A stretch of 16,070 nt of DNA from Candidatus Eiseniibacteriota bacterium. GTDB lineage: Bacteria > Eisenbacteria > RBG-16-71-46 > CAZAMP01. Shown here in pieces: positions 1 through 7,537 of this stretch. How positions within the stretch are numbered: the stretch's first letter is position 1; each line of letters starts with the position of its first letter. The stretch is taken from assembly GCA_965224245.1 (NCBI GenBank), contig CBDCYW010000012.1, positions 1 to 16,070 of the forward strand, read 5' to 3'. A model generated the notes under the pieces. That model was not told the DNA's origin, ran no database searches, and saw only the letters and a program-made list of their open reading frames with translations. Position numbers and translations under genes: made by a program.

Positions 1-70
1 GGTACCTATCCTTCATCAAACCAGGAACGTCGACCACCGAACGGCGGCGCAGGAAAGGAAAGACGAAGCC

Positions 71-310
71 ATGACGAAGAAGCCCAACTACAGCGTCGGG
101 CCCCGACCTGACGGTGGGTGGCAGGTGAAGCGCGACGGCGCCGACCGGGCCAGCTCCACCCACGATCGGAAGGTCGACGCGGTCGAGCGCGGCCGAGACC
201 TGGCCCGCAAGAGCGAGGGAGAGCTCCGTATCAAGGGCAAGGACGGACGCATCCAGGACTCGGACTCGTACGGTCGGGATCCCCACCCGCCGAAGGACAA
301 GAGGCACTGA
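71..310 (+). CDS. DUF2188 family small protein
   Basis: 79 aa with the typical pattern V.P...GGWQVKRDGA.RAS..H..K..A...GR.LA......L.I.G.DGRIQ..DSYG.DP.PP; purine-rich RBS-like AGGAAAGGA upstream. Confidence 0.9.
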   Translation: MTKKPNYSVGPRPDGGWQVKRDGADRASSTHDRKVDAVERGRDLARKSEGELRIKGKDGRIQDSDSYGRDPHPPKDKRH

Positions 311-328
311 ACTAGCGAAGAACGAACT

Positions 329-871
329 ATGCTGCAGGCAATCTACAAGGCACTCTCGGATATCTCACTCCTCCAGTGGGTCATCGTGACCGTGATCTGG
401 ATCGTCTTGGCGGTCGCGGTCGCGGCGTCCTTCATGCGCTGGACCTTCCGACGGCACTGGCGTCTCTACAAGAATCTCAAGCGTCCCGTCATCGTCCTCG
501 AACCGCAACATGCATCGGGGGCGCCCGTACCCGACGGCTCGCTCGCCCCCGTGATCGAGATCATGCGGAAGAGCGGCCTTCTCAACGTCAAGAATCAACC
601 CTCGGATCATCGGCACTTCGACCCGTCTGGGAAGCACTGCGTCGTGGTTCTCGGCTACAGGCCCAGCATGACCGGGCTGGAAGACATTCTCACCCGGATT
701 AAGTCGCACCATGTTCCTCTGATCGTCTACACGTACGGGAGCAACAAAATCACCGGCGAAGACAAGGCCAAGCTCGACGGCTACCCGTTCACGCTCTACG
801 CAAACTTCCCGCTGACGCTCCTCAACCACATTTTCGCAACCGTAGCGAGCTACCCCTATGACCCGAAGTGA
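329..871 (+). CDS. Single-pass membrane protein with alpha/beta (Rossmann-like, NARF-like) cytoplasmic domain; putative CBASS effector/sensor
   Basis: Hydrophobic helix LLQWVIVTVIWIVLAVAVAASF followed by a basic stretch, then beta-strands PVIVL, CVVVLGY and PLIVYTYG alternating with helices; stop overlaps the cyclase start by 14 nt. Confidence 0.7.
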   Translation: MLQAIYKALSDISLLQWVIVTVIWIVLAVAVAASFMRWTFRRHWRLYKNLKRPVIVLEPQHASGAPVPDGSLAPVIEIMRKSGLLNVKNQPSDHRHFDPSGKHCVVVLGYRPSMTGLEDILTRIKSHHVPLIVYTYGSNKITGEDKAKLDGYPFTLYANFPLTLLNHIFATVASYPYDPK

Positions 872-2273
872 CCTCGAGCAGTTAGTCGTCGGCTTCATCC
901 GCGACAACCTGTCGCCGACGGAGGGGGAGCGGTCGGAGATCTCGACGCGCTACTTGCAGCTCCAGGATTTCCTCGCGGGGCGCACCTTCCAGAACGGATC
1001 GTACGCCCGGTTCACGTCGACGACCCCGGTGAATGACCTCGACGTCATCTACGTGCTCCCGCAAGAGGTCGTCAAGTCGATCACCGTCGCCCGGGCGATC
1101 GACACTTCGAAGCTGGACATCCATCGGATCATCGAGTCCCTCGCGGGCGAGCTGAGAGTGCACTACGGCCGGTCGGCGACGATCAAGCTCCAGCCCCACT
1201 CCGCGGGCATCTACTTCGGCCGCGAGGACGAGTTCTCCATCGATGTCGTACCAGCAGTTCCGACCGACGACGGGATGTTCTGGGTGCCCGAAATCGCGCA
1301 CCTCTCCGTTGCGAAGCGCCGAGGACTCTACCGCACACATGCCGCCCATCCGCCGTCTCCGAACTGGATCAAGTCGGATCCCAAGGGCTACATCGCCCAA
1401 GCCAAGGACACCGATGAGCGGTCGGACGGTCGCTTCCGCAAAGCGGCCAAGGCCATGAAGCGGTGGCGATGGGGATGCAAGGCCGGAGACGACTCGTTCC
1501 GCCTCAAGTCCTTCCACCTGGAGCAGGCGGTCACCGGGCTCTTCGGAGCAACCCCAGCGACGTCATGTTGCGATGCCATCGGCAGAACGCTCGAAGGCGT
1601 CCCGGACCTCATCGCCAGACCGCAGATTCCCGACAGAGCCGACCGGACACGATTCATCGATGAGTACGTGTGCACCCTCACCGCGGAGGAGCGGAAGACG
1701 ATCCAAACCGCCCATCGGCTCGCGATGTCCCACTGGGCGTCCGTCTTGGAGGCTGGCACATCAACGGAGGCACGACGCGCCCTCGCCACGTTCTTCTGCA
1801 TGAATCCTGTGTTCCCCGTTCGAGCGGTGAGCGGAGCGAGCGCGTCCCCAGTCCCGCGGGGTCTCGTCGCTACGAACGGTAGAGACCCTGGAGAGCAGTT
1901 CCTCCAGGACAACGGCGTTTCGACCGACCTTCGTCATGGAGTGCGGATCAATGCCCGGGTGACCCAGAACGGATTCCGTCCCTTCAACCTGCGGGGCAGC
2001 ACGAAGCCCCTTCTCAAGCAGCGCCACCTCGAGTTCTTCATCGACTCATGTGATGTTCCGGAGCCCTATGATGTCCGATGGAAGGTGAAGAACACGGGAC
2101 CGGAGGCGGCGGCGAGGGGGGACCTGCGTGGGCAGATCTACGCCGACGCAGGTCGGCACCGGCACACCGAGAACACCAAGTACCGGGGCAACCACTACGT
2201 GGAGTGCTACATCATCAAGGATGGCGTTTGCGTCGCTGCTGACCACATCGATGTTGTGATCGGTCGTTCCTGA
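858..2273 (+). CDS. cGAS/DncV-like nucleotidyltransferase (CD-NTase/SMODS) fused to a C-terminal AGS-C domain
   Basis: Pol-beta NTase motifs GSYARFT..PVNDLDV, SIDVVPA, WIKSDP and LKSFHLE; C-terminus YDVRWKVKNTGPEA...LRGQI...E.T.YRGNHYVECYIIKDG matches the AGS-C pattern. Confidence 0.92.
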   Translation: MTRSDLEQLVVGFIRDNLSPTEGERSEISTRYLQLQDFLAGRTFQNGSYARFTSTTPVNDLDVIYVLPQEVVKSITVARAIDTSKLDIHRIIESLAGELRVHYGRSATIKLQPHSAGIYFGREDEFSIDVVPAVPTDDGMFWVPEIAHLSVAKRRGLYRTHAAHPPSPNWIKSDPKGYIAQAKDTDERSDGRFRKAAKAMKRWRWGCKAGDDSFRLKSFHLEQAVTGLFGATPATSCCDAIGRTLEGVPDLIARPQIPDRADRTRFIDEYVCTLTAEERKTIQTAHRLAMSHWASVLEAGTSTEARRALATFFCMNPVFPVRAVSGASASPVPRGLVATNGRDPGEQFLQDNGVSTDLRHGVRINARVTQNGFRPFNLRGSTKPLLKQRHLEFFIDSCDVPEPYDVRWKVKNTGPEAAARGDLRGQIYADAGRHRHTENTKYRGNHYVECYIIKDGVCVAADHIDVVIGRS

Positions 2274-2427
2274 CCCACTCAGGTGGAGGTCAGGTTCTCA
2301 GAAGCCAGGTCAACCACGCAGCAGCCAGTCACTTAGGTGATTTCTGGACCTGACGCGTCAACTACAGTGCTCGCAACGCCGATACCTGCGATAGAACGGT
2401 GTGGGCGGGTCTCGCGAGGTGGTGTTG

Positions 2428-3351
2428 ATGCTCGACTACTCAGAAGTCGATGGAACGAGATTCGAGCAGCTCGTACGAGAACTTCTTCTTGTTCTTGGGC
2501 TGGCACCAAGATGGTCCGGGGAGGGCCCTGACCAGGGTCGCGATATCATCGCGACCGAGTCTTTCTCGGGCCCGGTTTCCAAGACGAAGCGAGTGTGGCT
2601 GGTTCAGTGCAAGAACACGGCGTCGGCGATTGGACGACCCGATCTAGCGTCGGTGGTCACGGATTGTCAGCAGATCGGTGCTGATGGCTATCTGCTTGTC
2701 TGCTCGAAAAACCCGACGTCGAGTGCCGTGCAGCTCCTCGAGGAGTTGGACAGGAACGGCAGTCCCGTTACTCGGTACTGGGACGGTGTCGAACTCGAGA
2801 AGCGCCTGAACGAGCCACGCGCTTTCGGGATCGCCCAGATGTTCTTTCCTAAGTCGCTGGGCGGAACCCCGTGGCGGGTATACAACGCTGGCTCCCCATC
2901 CATATGGGCCGCCCACTACCGTGGCCACTTCATCTACTTGTGTTGTCGAGATGGCGCAACGTTTCCCTGCCTGAGCTGGGTGGAGCCGCTTGTCGCTCGC
3001 TTCGAGAAACTGACGGCGGGGGAAGATGAGTACCTTCGGCTCCGTGCGGTGTACTTCGACGACAAGCACTGTCAGCTGTATGTGTTCAGCGACTACCTGC
3101 ATCCGGCTAACTCAGTCCCTACTATCTCTCCTTTGCAGTTCAGCGAGGTCGTCGGAGATGGCTATTGCCCGGATACGTGCCTGCAAACGTTGTGGGAAGT
3201 GCGGAGGGTTACGAGCTACCCGTCCGGCGATCACTTTCACGTTGACCATCACGTGTTCTACGAGCCATACATCCGAAACTTTCGGGAAGGCACGTTTCGC
3301 GACATGCCGCTAAGCACCTACGTCTTTCATGGCGGTGAGTGGTCGGTGTGA
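2428..3351 (+). CDS. Mrr-like (PD-(D/E)xK, Mrr_cat) restriction endonuclease domain fused to an unknown C-terminal domain
   Basis: DGTRFEQLVRELL...GPDQGRDIIA...WLVQCKN and later YWDGVELE; ATG at 2428 preceded by GAGGTGG (ORF track starts at GTG 2401). Confidence 0.85.
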   Translation: MLDYSEVDGTRFEQLVRELLLVLGLAPRWSGEGPDQGRDIIATESFSGPVSKTKRVWLVQCKNTASAIGRPDLASVVTDCQQIGADGYLLVCSKNPTSSAVQLLEELDRNGSPVTRYWDGVELEKRLNEPRAFGIAQMFFPKSLGGTPWRVYNAGSPSIWAAHYRGHFIYLCCRDGATFPCLSWVEPLVARFEKLTAGEDEYLRLRAVYFDDKHCQLYVFSDYLHPANSVPTISPLQFSEVVGDGYCPDTCLQTLWEVRRVTSYPSGDHFHVDHHVFYEPYIRNFREGTFRDMPLSTYVFHGGEWSV

Positions 3352-3389
3352 CGGCTCCGGCAACTTCCGTCCTACCATCCGCGTTTGAC

Positions 3390-3567
3390 CTACTCGGCTA
3401 TCCAGGGCTTATGACACGCGTGCCGCGCCTTCCCCCGGGCTTGCTGCCGGCGTTTCATCTGCCGGATGATGCTCTGTGGGCGGTTTTCCAGGATGTAATT
3501 CGGCCATTGGATCAGGAGAGGCCTGTCTGTAAAAAGGTGCGTATTGTGTCTACTACGGTGAGCCACC
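3390..3567 (-). pseudogene. Orphan second copy of the serine recombinase 3' end (about 58 codons, one 1-bp indel)
   Basis: Reads WLTVVDTIRT(F/fs)TDRPLLIQWPNYILENRPQSIIRQMKRR...; the intact LSR tail reads WLAVVDTIRTLFTENPQLIQWPKYIQEQSLDVSIRQLRRR. Confidence 0.85.
3536..3567. repeat. Direct repeat copy 1 (att-like core) GGTGCGTATTGTGTCTACTACGGtGAGCCACC
   Basis: 31/32 identical to 5564-5595; a second shared block GGCCATTGGATCAG lies at 3502-3515 and 5529-5542. Confidence 0.95.
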
Positions 3568-3610
3568 GGGAATCGAATGCCGCCGAGGGCAATGATGGAC
3601 AACACGCATG

Positions 3611-3641
3611 AACACCGCCAGGATTGGCGGCGTTTTTGTTT
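3611..3641 (+). terminator. Putative intrinsic terminator
   Basis: Stem CCGCCA-GGAT-TGGCGG (extendable with AAC/GTT) followed by TTTTTGTTT. Confidence 0.6.
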
Positions 3642-3784
3642 GCGGTGAGTGATGGTCCAGTATCAACAGGTCGGGAGCTGTCCACAGGGCATCCGGGAGG
3701 TTCGAACCCCGAACCTGGACGAAACCCAATGGGTGTGCTTGGCTTAAGGTGTCGACCTTACTTTGAGCTGAAGAAATGTAGTCT

Positions 3785-5365
3785 ATGTCAAAGAAGAGAA
3801 GGAAAAAGCGTCAGAAGGCGCGCCAGGGTGGGGGGTACAGCGCGCTCAGGAGACATCATAAGAAGGGGTCTCGACTTTACTCGCCCGGCGATGAACTCAG
3901 GTTCACCGATGTTCAGTGGATGCGCGACATGGTACCCGAGCACCTGTGGATCGGCGCGCTAGCTATGTTCTACGGACCGAGGAAGGCCGAGTGGCCAAAC
4001 ATCTATGGCGAGATGATGGACGCACTCGACGAGGTTGTCGGGGACCAGAAACTCCCGCCACTTGGAATGGTGTCGGACTTCTCCCTCGTTCCGGCGGACA
4101 CGCGTGAACGGTTCCGAAAGCAACATGAGGCCCTGATTCAAAAGGCCGTGCTTCTTCCGTTTGGGAGAGTGGCCGCGTTCTATCCTGACTGCCCCATGGG
4201 ATGGTTGATCGAAGAGGACTGGCTCGAGGCCGGAGGCCCGCTAGATCCCGATATGGAGCTCGGTCAGCTATCGACGCTTCTTGCGCTCCTGTTCGACGGC
4301 AAGGAGCTGACGACCGGGCACGTGCGAGCCGTTCCGCTAAACCGATTGTTCAAGCACAACAAGCTGTTTATCACGAGGGGCGTCTCGGACGATGTGGTCA
4401 AGCTCCTCCCGAAGTATCCCGCCGAGTGCAATGAAGAAGAGCTCTACAGAGTTCAGCAGTGGGCGCGAACTGCGCTTAACGTGATGTACACGATCGACGG
4501 CCGTTACGTAGATCGTGCCTGGCCGAAGTACTTCTGGAGGCAGAACTACAACCTCGCACCATGTGGCCCGCGACGAGTGCAGCCGTCCGGATCCGAAGGC
4601 GTGGATCGGGATGATGTCAGGTCCGTCATGATCCAGAACGCTAGATGTGTCAAAGGGTACCTTGACAGTCTTGTGAGTGTTCCGCCGGTGGACCTCTACG
4701 ATCCACGACGAGATGAGGTTCTATTGGGTCTGTTTGCACGACTCACACGCTTGGTAGTGACACTGGCGCAGAACGAGTCATTGTGGGCTCGAGACATGGC
4801 TGGCATTCTGCTGCGGTGCATAGCCGACACGGCAATCACATTCGTCTACTTAGCGAAGGACGGAACAGACCAGGAGTTCGAAGACTTCTGTCAGTATAGC
4901 GAGGGCAAAGAGAAGCTGTTGATGCTTCACCTTCAGGACTCGTATCCTGACCGATTGTCTATCGATGGTCGCGATGTACAGGCAATCGGAGACGACTTAG
5001 GTGGCTTCCTCGCGGAGGTCATGCAAATCGAATTGGATAGCTGGACTAAGAAGTCCGCGCGGACCTTGGCTCAAAGAGCTGGCCTTGAGGAGTACTACAG
5101 GTTGGTTTATGACCCCACGAGTGCGGATCTTCACGGTTCGTGGATTAGCGTCCGTGAGTCGAATCTGACGTACTGCGAGACCCCGCTCCATCGGTACCAC
5201 AGGTTGCCTTCGTACTCTGATCCGCCCGTGTACGTGGGCTACCTGGGTGCTGCGATACGACTCTATCGGGAATGTCAACGAGTAGCCGTGGATGTCCTGA
5301 AATTCCCAGCCCCCAAAGAGCGCGTGCTGAGAATGCCTGGCGACGAGAGGGAGCACGAGGCCTAG
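3785..5365 (+). CDS. DUF5677-like (HEPN-related) protein, candidate defence factor
   Basis: 526-aa ORF; C-terminal half has A.ILLRCIADTAITFVYL ... LA.RAGLEEYYRLVYDPTSADLHGSW, typical of DUF5677-type helical domains; basic N-terminus. Confidence 0.75.
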   Translation: MSKKRRKKRQKARQGGGYSALRRHHKKGSRLYSPGDELRFTDVQWMRDMVPEHLWIGALAMFYGPRKAEWPNIYGEMMDALDEVVGDQKLPPLGMVSDFSLVPADTRERFRKQHEALIQKAVLLPFGRVAAFYPDCPMGWLIEEDWLEAGGPLDPDMELGQLSTLLALLFDGKELTTGHVRAVPLNRLFKHNKLFITRGVSDDVVKLLPKYPAECNEEELYRVQQWARTALNVMYTIDGRYVDRAWPKYFWRQNYNLAPCGPRRVQPSGSEGVDRDDVRSVMIQNARCVKGYLDSLVSVPPVDLYDPRRDEVLLGLFARLTRLVVTLAQNESLWARDMAGILLRCIADTAITFVYLAKDGTDQEFEDFCQYSEGKEKLLMLHLQDSYPDRLSIDGRDVQAIGDDLGGFLAEVMQIELDSWTKKSARTLAQRAGLEEYYRLVYDPTSADLHGSWISVRESNLTYCETPLHRYHRLPSYSDPPVYVGYLGAAIRLYRECQRVAVDVLKFPAPKERVLRMPGDEREHEA

Positions 5366-5422
5366 GCGTGGAGCGACCGCTCGTGGCAACCTCGTCCCAC
5401 TATCCCCGCTTCCAGTCCTCCG

Positions 5423-7060
5423 CTATCCTGAGGGTGACATCGACCGAGGCCGCTTCTTCCTCGCGGCTCGCTTCCGGCGCCTGAGTTGTCGGATGCTGAC
5501 ATCGAGGCTCTGTTCCTGGATGTACTTGGGCCATTGGATCAGTTGGGGGTTTTCGGTGAAAAGGGTGCGTATTGTGTCTACTACGGCGAGCCACCCCGGA
5601 ACGTGAGGCCCCTTCGCCATGAGCGAGAGGGGCTTTTTGGCTTCCATTCGCAGTGTCTTCTGAGACAGCACCGGGTTCGAACCGACTGCCACGAAGATCT
5701 CACGCTGGATCTGAGGATCCCCATGTTCGAACGCACTTACCGCTGACGTTAGTAGAGAAACACCGCGAGCCGAAGGTTCGAACCATTCGTCGCCCAGGTC
5801 CGATCGGCGGATCCGTTCGCGGGCTCGTGCGGCTGCCGCGACGAGCTCATCGCGCTTGGTGCGATACTCGTCATCGGAGACAAGGTCGCGAAGTCGTAGG
5901 TCAGTCAACCGATCGATCTGCTTTCGGGCGTCAACCTCCGCGCTCTCGATGCTCCGCCGATGGGCGGCGCGTGCGGCCTCACCGCTTGTGCGCTGGCCGA
6001 GTAGCGTCTTCATGACGTAGTCGGCGTCTTTCGGGTGAAGCGCAATCGTCCGAAGAAAGTCCAGCGCCTGCGCGTGGAGAGCCTCGGCTCGGATCGACGG
6101 CTCGCGGCAGACGTCCCGACCACGGCGCTTTGTGCAGTGGTAGTAGGTATAGCGCGTGCCATGGCGGTTCTGCTTGGTCTCTGCCGTGACGGAGAGGCCG
6201 CACGATCCGCACCGAATGAGACCTGTGAAAGGAAACACATGGTCGGGTCGCCGCGGGCGGCGGCGAGGACGGCCAAGCGCCTCCTGGACGGCTTCGAACT
6301 CCTCGTGGGTGACCATGAGTTCGTGAGCGCCGAGAAAGCGCTCCCCGCGCCGTTGGATGACCCCACAGTAGAAGGGATCGGCGAGCATCCGGTAGAACGA
6401 ACTAAGCGCTACGGGGCGGCCACCCTGGCGGCGTCGCTTGGGCGTGCGTAGGGAAAGGTCGGTGTTGGCCCACCGGAGCACCGCTGACGGCCGTTCGCCG
6501 GCAAGCACGCGTTCCCACATCTGGCGCACAAGGTGGAAGCGGTCAGGATCAGGCACGATCGTCTTGGTGGCTAGGTCGTTCAGATAGCCCAAAGGCGCCG
6601 GGCCGGGTAGCCAACCCTGTTCGAGCTTGGCCCGGTTGCCCCGCCGCACATTGTCCGAGAGATCGTCGACGTACTTCTTGGCCATGCCGAACTCGAGCTG
6701 CATCCAGAGCTTGTCGTCGGCCGCGTTGCGGTAGGTTCGGCCCGGCGTGGCGATCTCCTCGAGCTGCCCTTGGTCCAAAGCCCAGATGATGGCGCCCCCG
6801 TCGATGGGGTTTCGCGCCAATCGGTCGAGTTTCCAGCACAGCACGCCAGTCGCCTCGTGACGAGTAAGCGCTGCCATGAGCTGCTCGAAGACGGGCCGTC
6901 CGGGGCTCTTCGCCGAGCGAGCTTCCTGAAACACGCCGGCGACATCGATGTCGCGGGAGCGGGCAACCGTCTGGAGTTCGGAGATCTGCGAGTCGATGGA
7001 CAGCACCTGTCGATCTTCGGACTCGGATGACTTGCGAGCGTAGAGTAGGTGGCGAGGCAT
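5423..7060 (-). CDS. Large serine recombinase (resolvase catalytic domain, recombinase domain, zinc ribbon, coiled coil)
   Basis: YARKSSESEDRQVLSIDSQ (catalytic Ser), SAK.PGRP.F, WKLDRLARN, GPAPLGY, FTGLIRCGSCG...YYHC...C zinc ribbon. Confidence 0.97.
   Translation of the reverse strand: MPRHLLYARKSSESEDRQVLSIDSQISELQTVARSRDIDVAGVFQEARSAKSPGRPVFEQLMAALTRHEATGVLCWKLDRLARNPIDGGAIIWALDQGQLEEIATPGRTYRNAADDKLWMQLEFGMAKKYVDDLSDNVRRGNRAKLEQGWLPGPAPLGYLNDLATKTIVPDPDRFHLVRQMWERVLAGERPSAVLRWANTDLSLRTPKRRRQGGRPVALSSFYRMLADPFYCGVIQRRGERFLGAHELMVTHEEFEAVQEALGRPRRRPRRPDHVFPFTGLIRCGSCGLSVTAETKQNRHGTRYTYYHCTKRRGRDVCREPSIRAEALHAQALDFLRTIALHPKDADYVMKTLLGQRTSGEAARAAHRRSIESAEVDARKQIDRLTDLRLRDLVSDDEYRTKRDELVAAAARARERIRRSDLGDEWFEPSARGVSLLTSAVSAFEHGDPQIQREIFVAVGSNPVLSQKTLRMEAKKPLSLMAKGPHVPGWLAVVDTIRTLFTENPQLIQWPKYIQEQSLDVSIRQLRRRKRAARKKRPRSMSPSG
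5564..5595. repeat. Direct repeat copy 2 (att-like core), inside the LSR coding sequence
   Basis: GGTGCGTATTGTGTCTACTACGGcGAGCCACC encodes WLAVVDTIRT on the - strand; 2028 bp from copy 1. Confidence 0.95.
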
Positions 7061-7065
7061 GGGAG

Positions 7066-7074
7066 TGTGGATAA
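7066..7074 (-). promoter_or_regulatory. Consensus DnaA box TTATCCACA just upstream of the LSR start
   Basis: TGTGGATAA on the + strand, 5 nt from the ATG at 7060; single copy. Confidence 0.3.
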
Positions 7075-7113
7075 GTTATTCTGCATTCAGCGTATCGAGA
7101 ACGGAAGAAACAG

Positions 7114-7308
7114 TCAAACCGGAGGATGTTCGAACCCTCTATGCGTTCCGTCACGGCGGCGTCGCGCGTCGTAACGGGCCAAGCTCTCCCAGAGGCGTAC
7201 GAGCCGATGGAGCCCCTCGGACGCGTCCTTGTAGCTTAACCACTCGCCGGTAGCTCGAAGGTGGACGCGACGGAACTCCTCGATCCTCTGACGTGGTAGG
7301 GGCAGCAT
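7114..7308 (-). CDS. Small helical protein upstream of the LSR (possible directionality/accessory factor)
   Basis: 64 aa MLPLPRQRIEEFRRVHLRATGEWLSYKDASEGLHRLVRLW; I recall this 'I.EF..I.....G..LS..EA....L..L' pattern from small ORFs preceding LSRs; co-oriented with the LSR. Confidence 0.6.
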   Translation of the reverse strand: MLPLPRQRIEEFRRVHLRATGEWLSYKDASEGLHRLVRLWESLARYDARRRRDGTHRGFEHPPV

Positions 7309-7537
7309 TCTGTGATCATAGCTGCACGTCCCAGCGCCGCCAGGAGGACGACAGTGTCGCGTGCGGGCCAACCAGCCGGGTCACGATGCCTGGCTCTAGC
7401 CTGCTGGTTTCTCCTCGGGGTTTGCCGCCTGCGGCACACCTGTCCGACTTCCCAGCTCGCGTTTTCACCTGTACCGTAAGAGTGTGGACCGACGCTGTGA
7501 CGCCTGAGCGTCCTTCGGGCCACGAGGAGGACTGCCT

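Noticed and set aside
365-2246. Long antisense and alternate-frame ORFs over the cyclase operon (and similar ones over the LSR and helicase)
   Set aside because: Shadow ORFs expected in GC-rich DNA; no motifs, and they overlap well-supported genes
3555-3590. tRNA/tmRNA 3'-end-like string on the - strand (TTCGATTCCCGGTGGCTCACC) beside the att core
   Set aside because: The T-stem does not pair, there is no CCA end and no cloverleaf upstream; at most a degenerate relic
3339-3611. + strand 90-aa ORF similar to + strand ORF 5486-5746
   Set aside because: The similarity is the antisense shadow of the duplicated LSR tail; the synonymous changes fit the - strand frame
3695-3712. GGTTCGAACCCC resembling a tRNA T-loop
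   Set aside because: No acceptor, D or anticodon arms; similar GGTTCGAACC strings occur inside the LSR coding region
3536-5595. CRISPR interpretation of the 32-nt repeat
   Set aside because: Only two copies 2 kb apart, no spacer array and no cas genes
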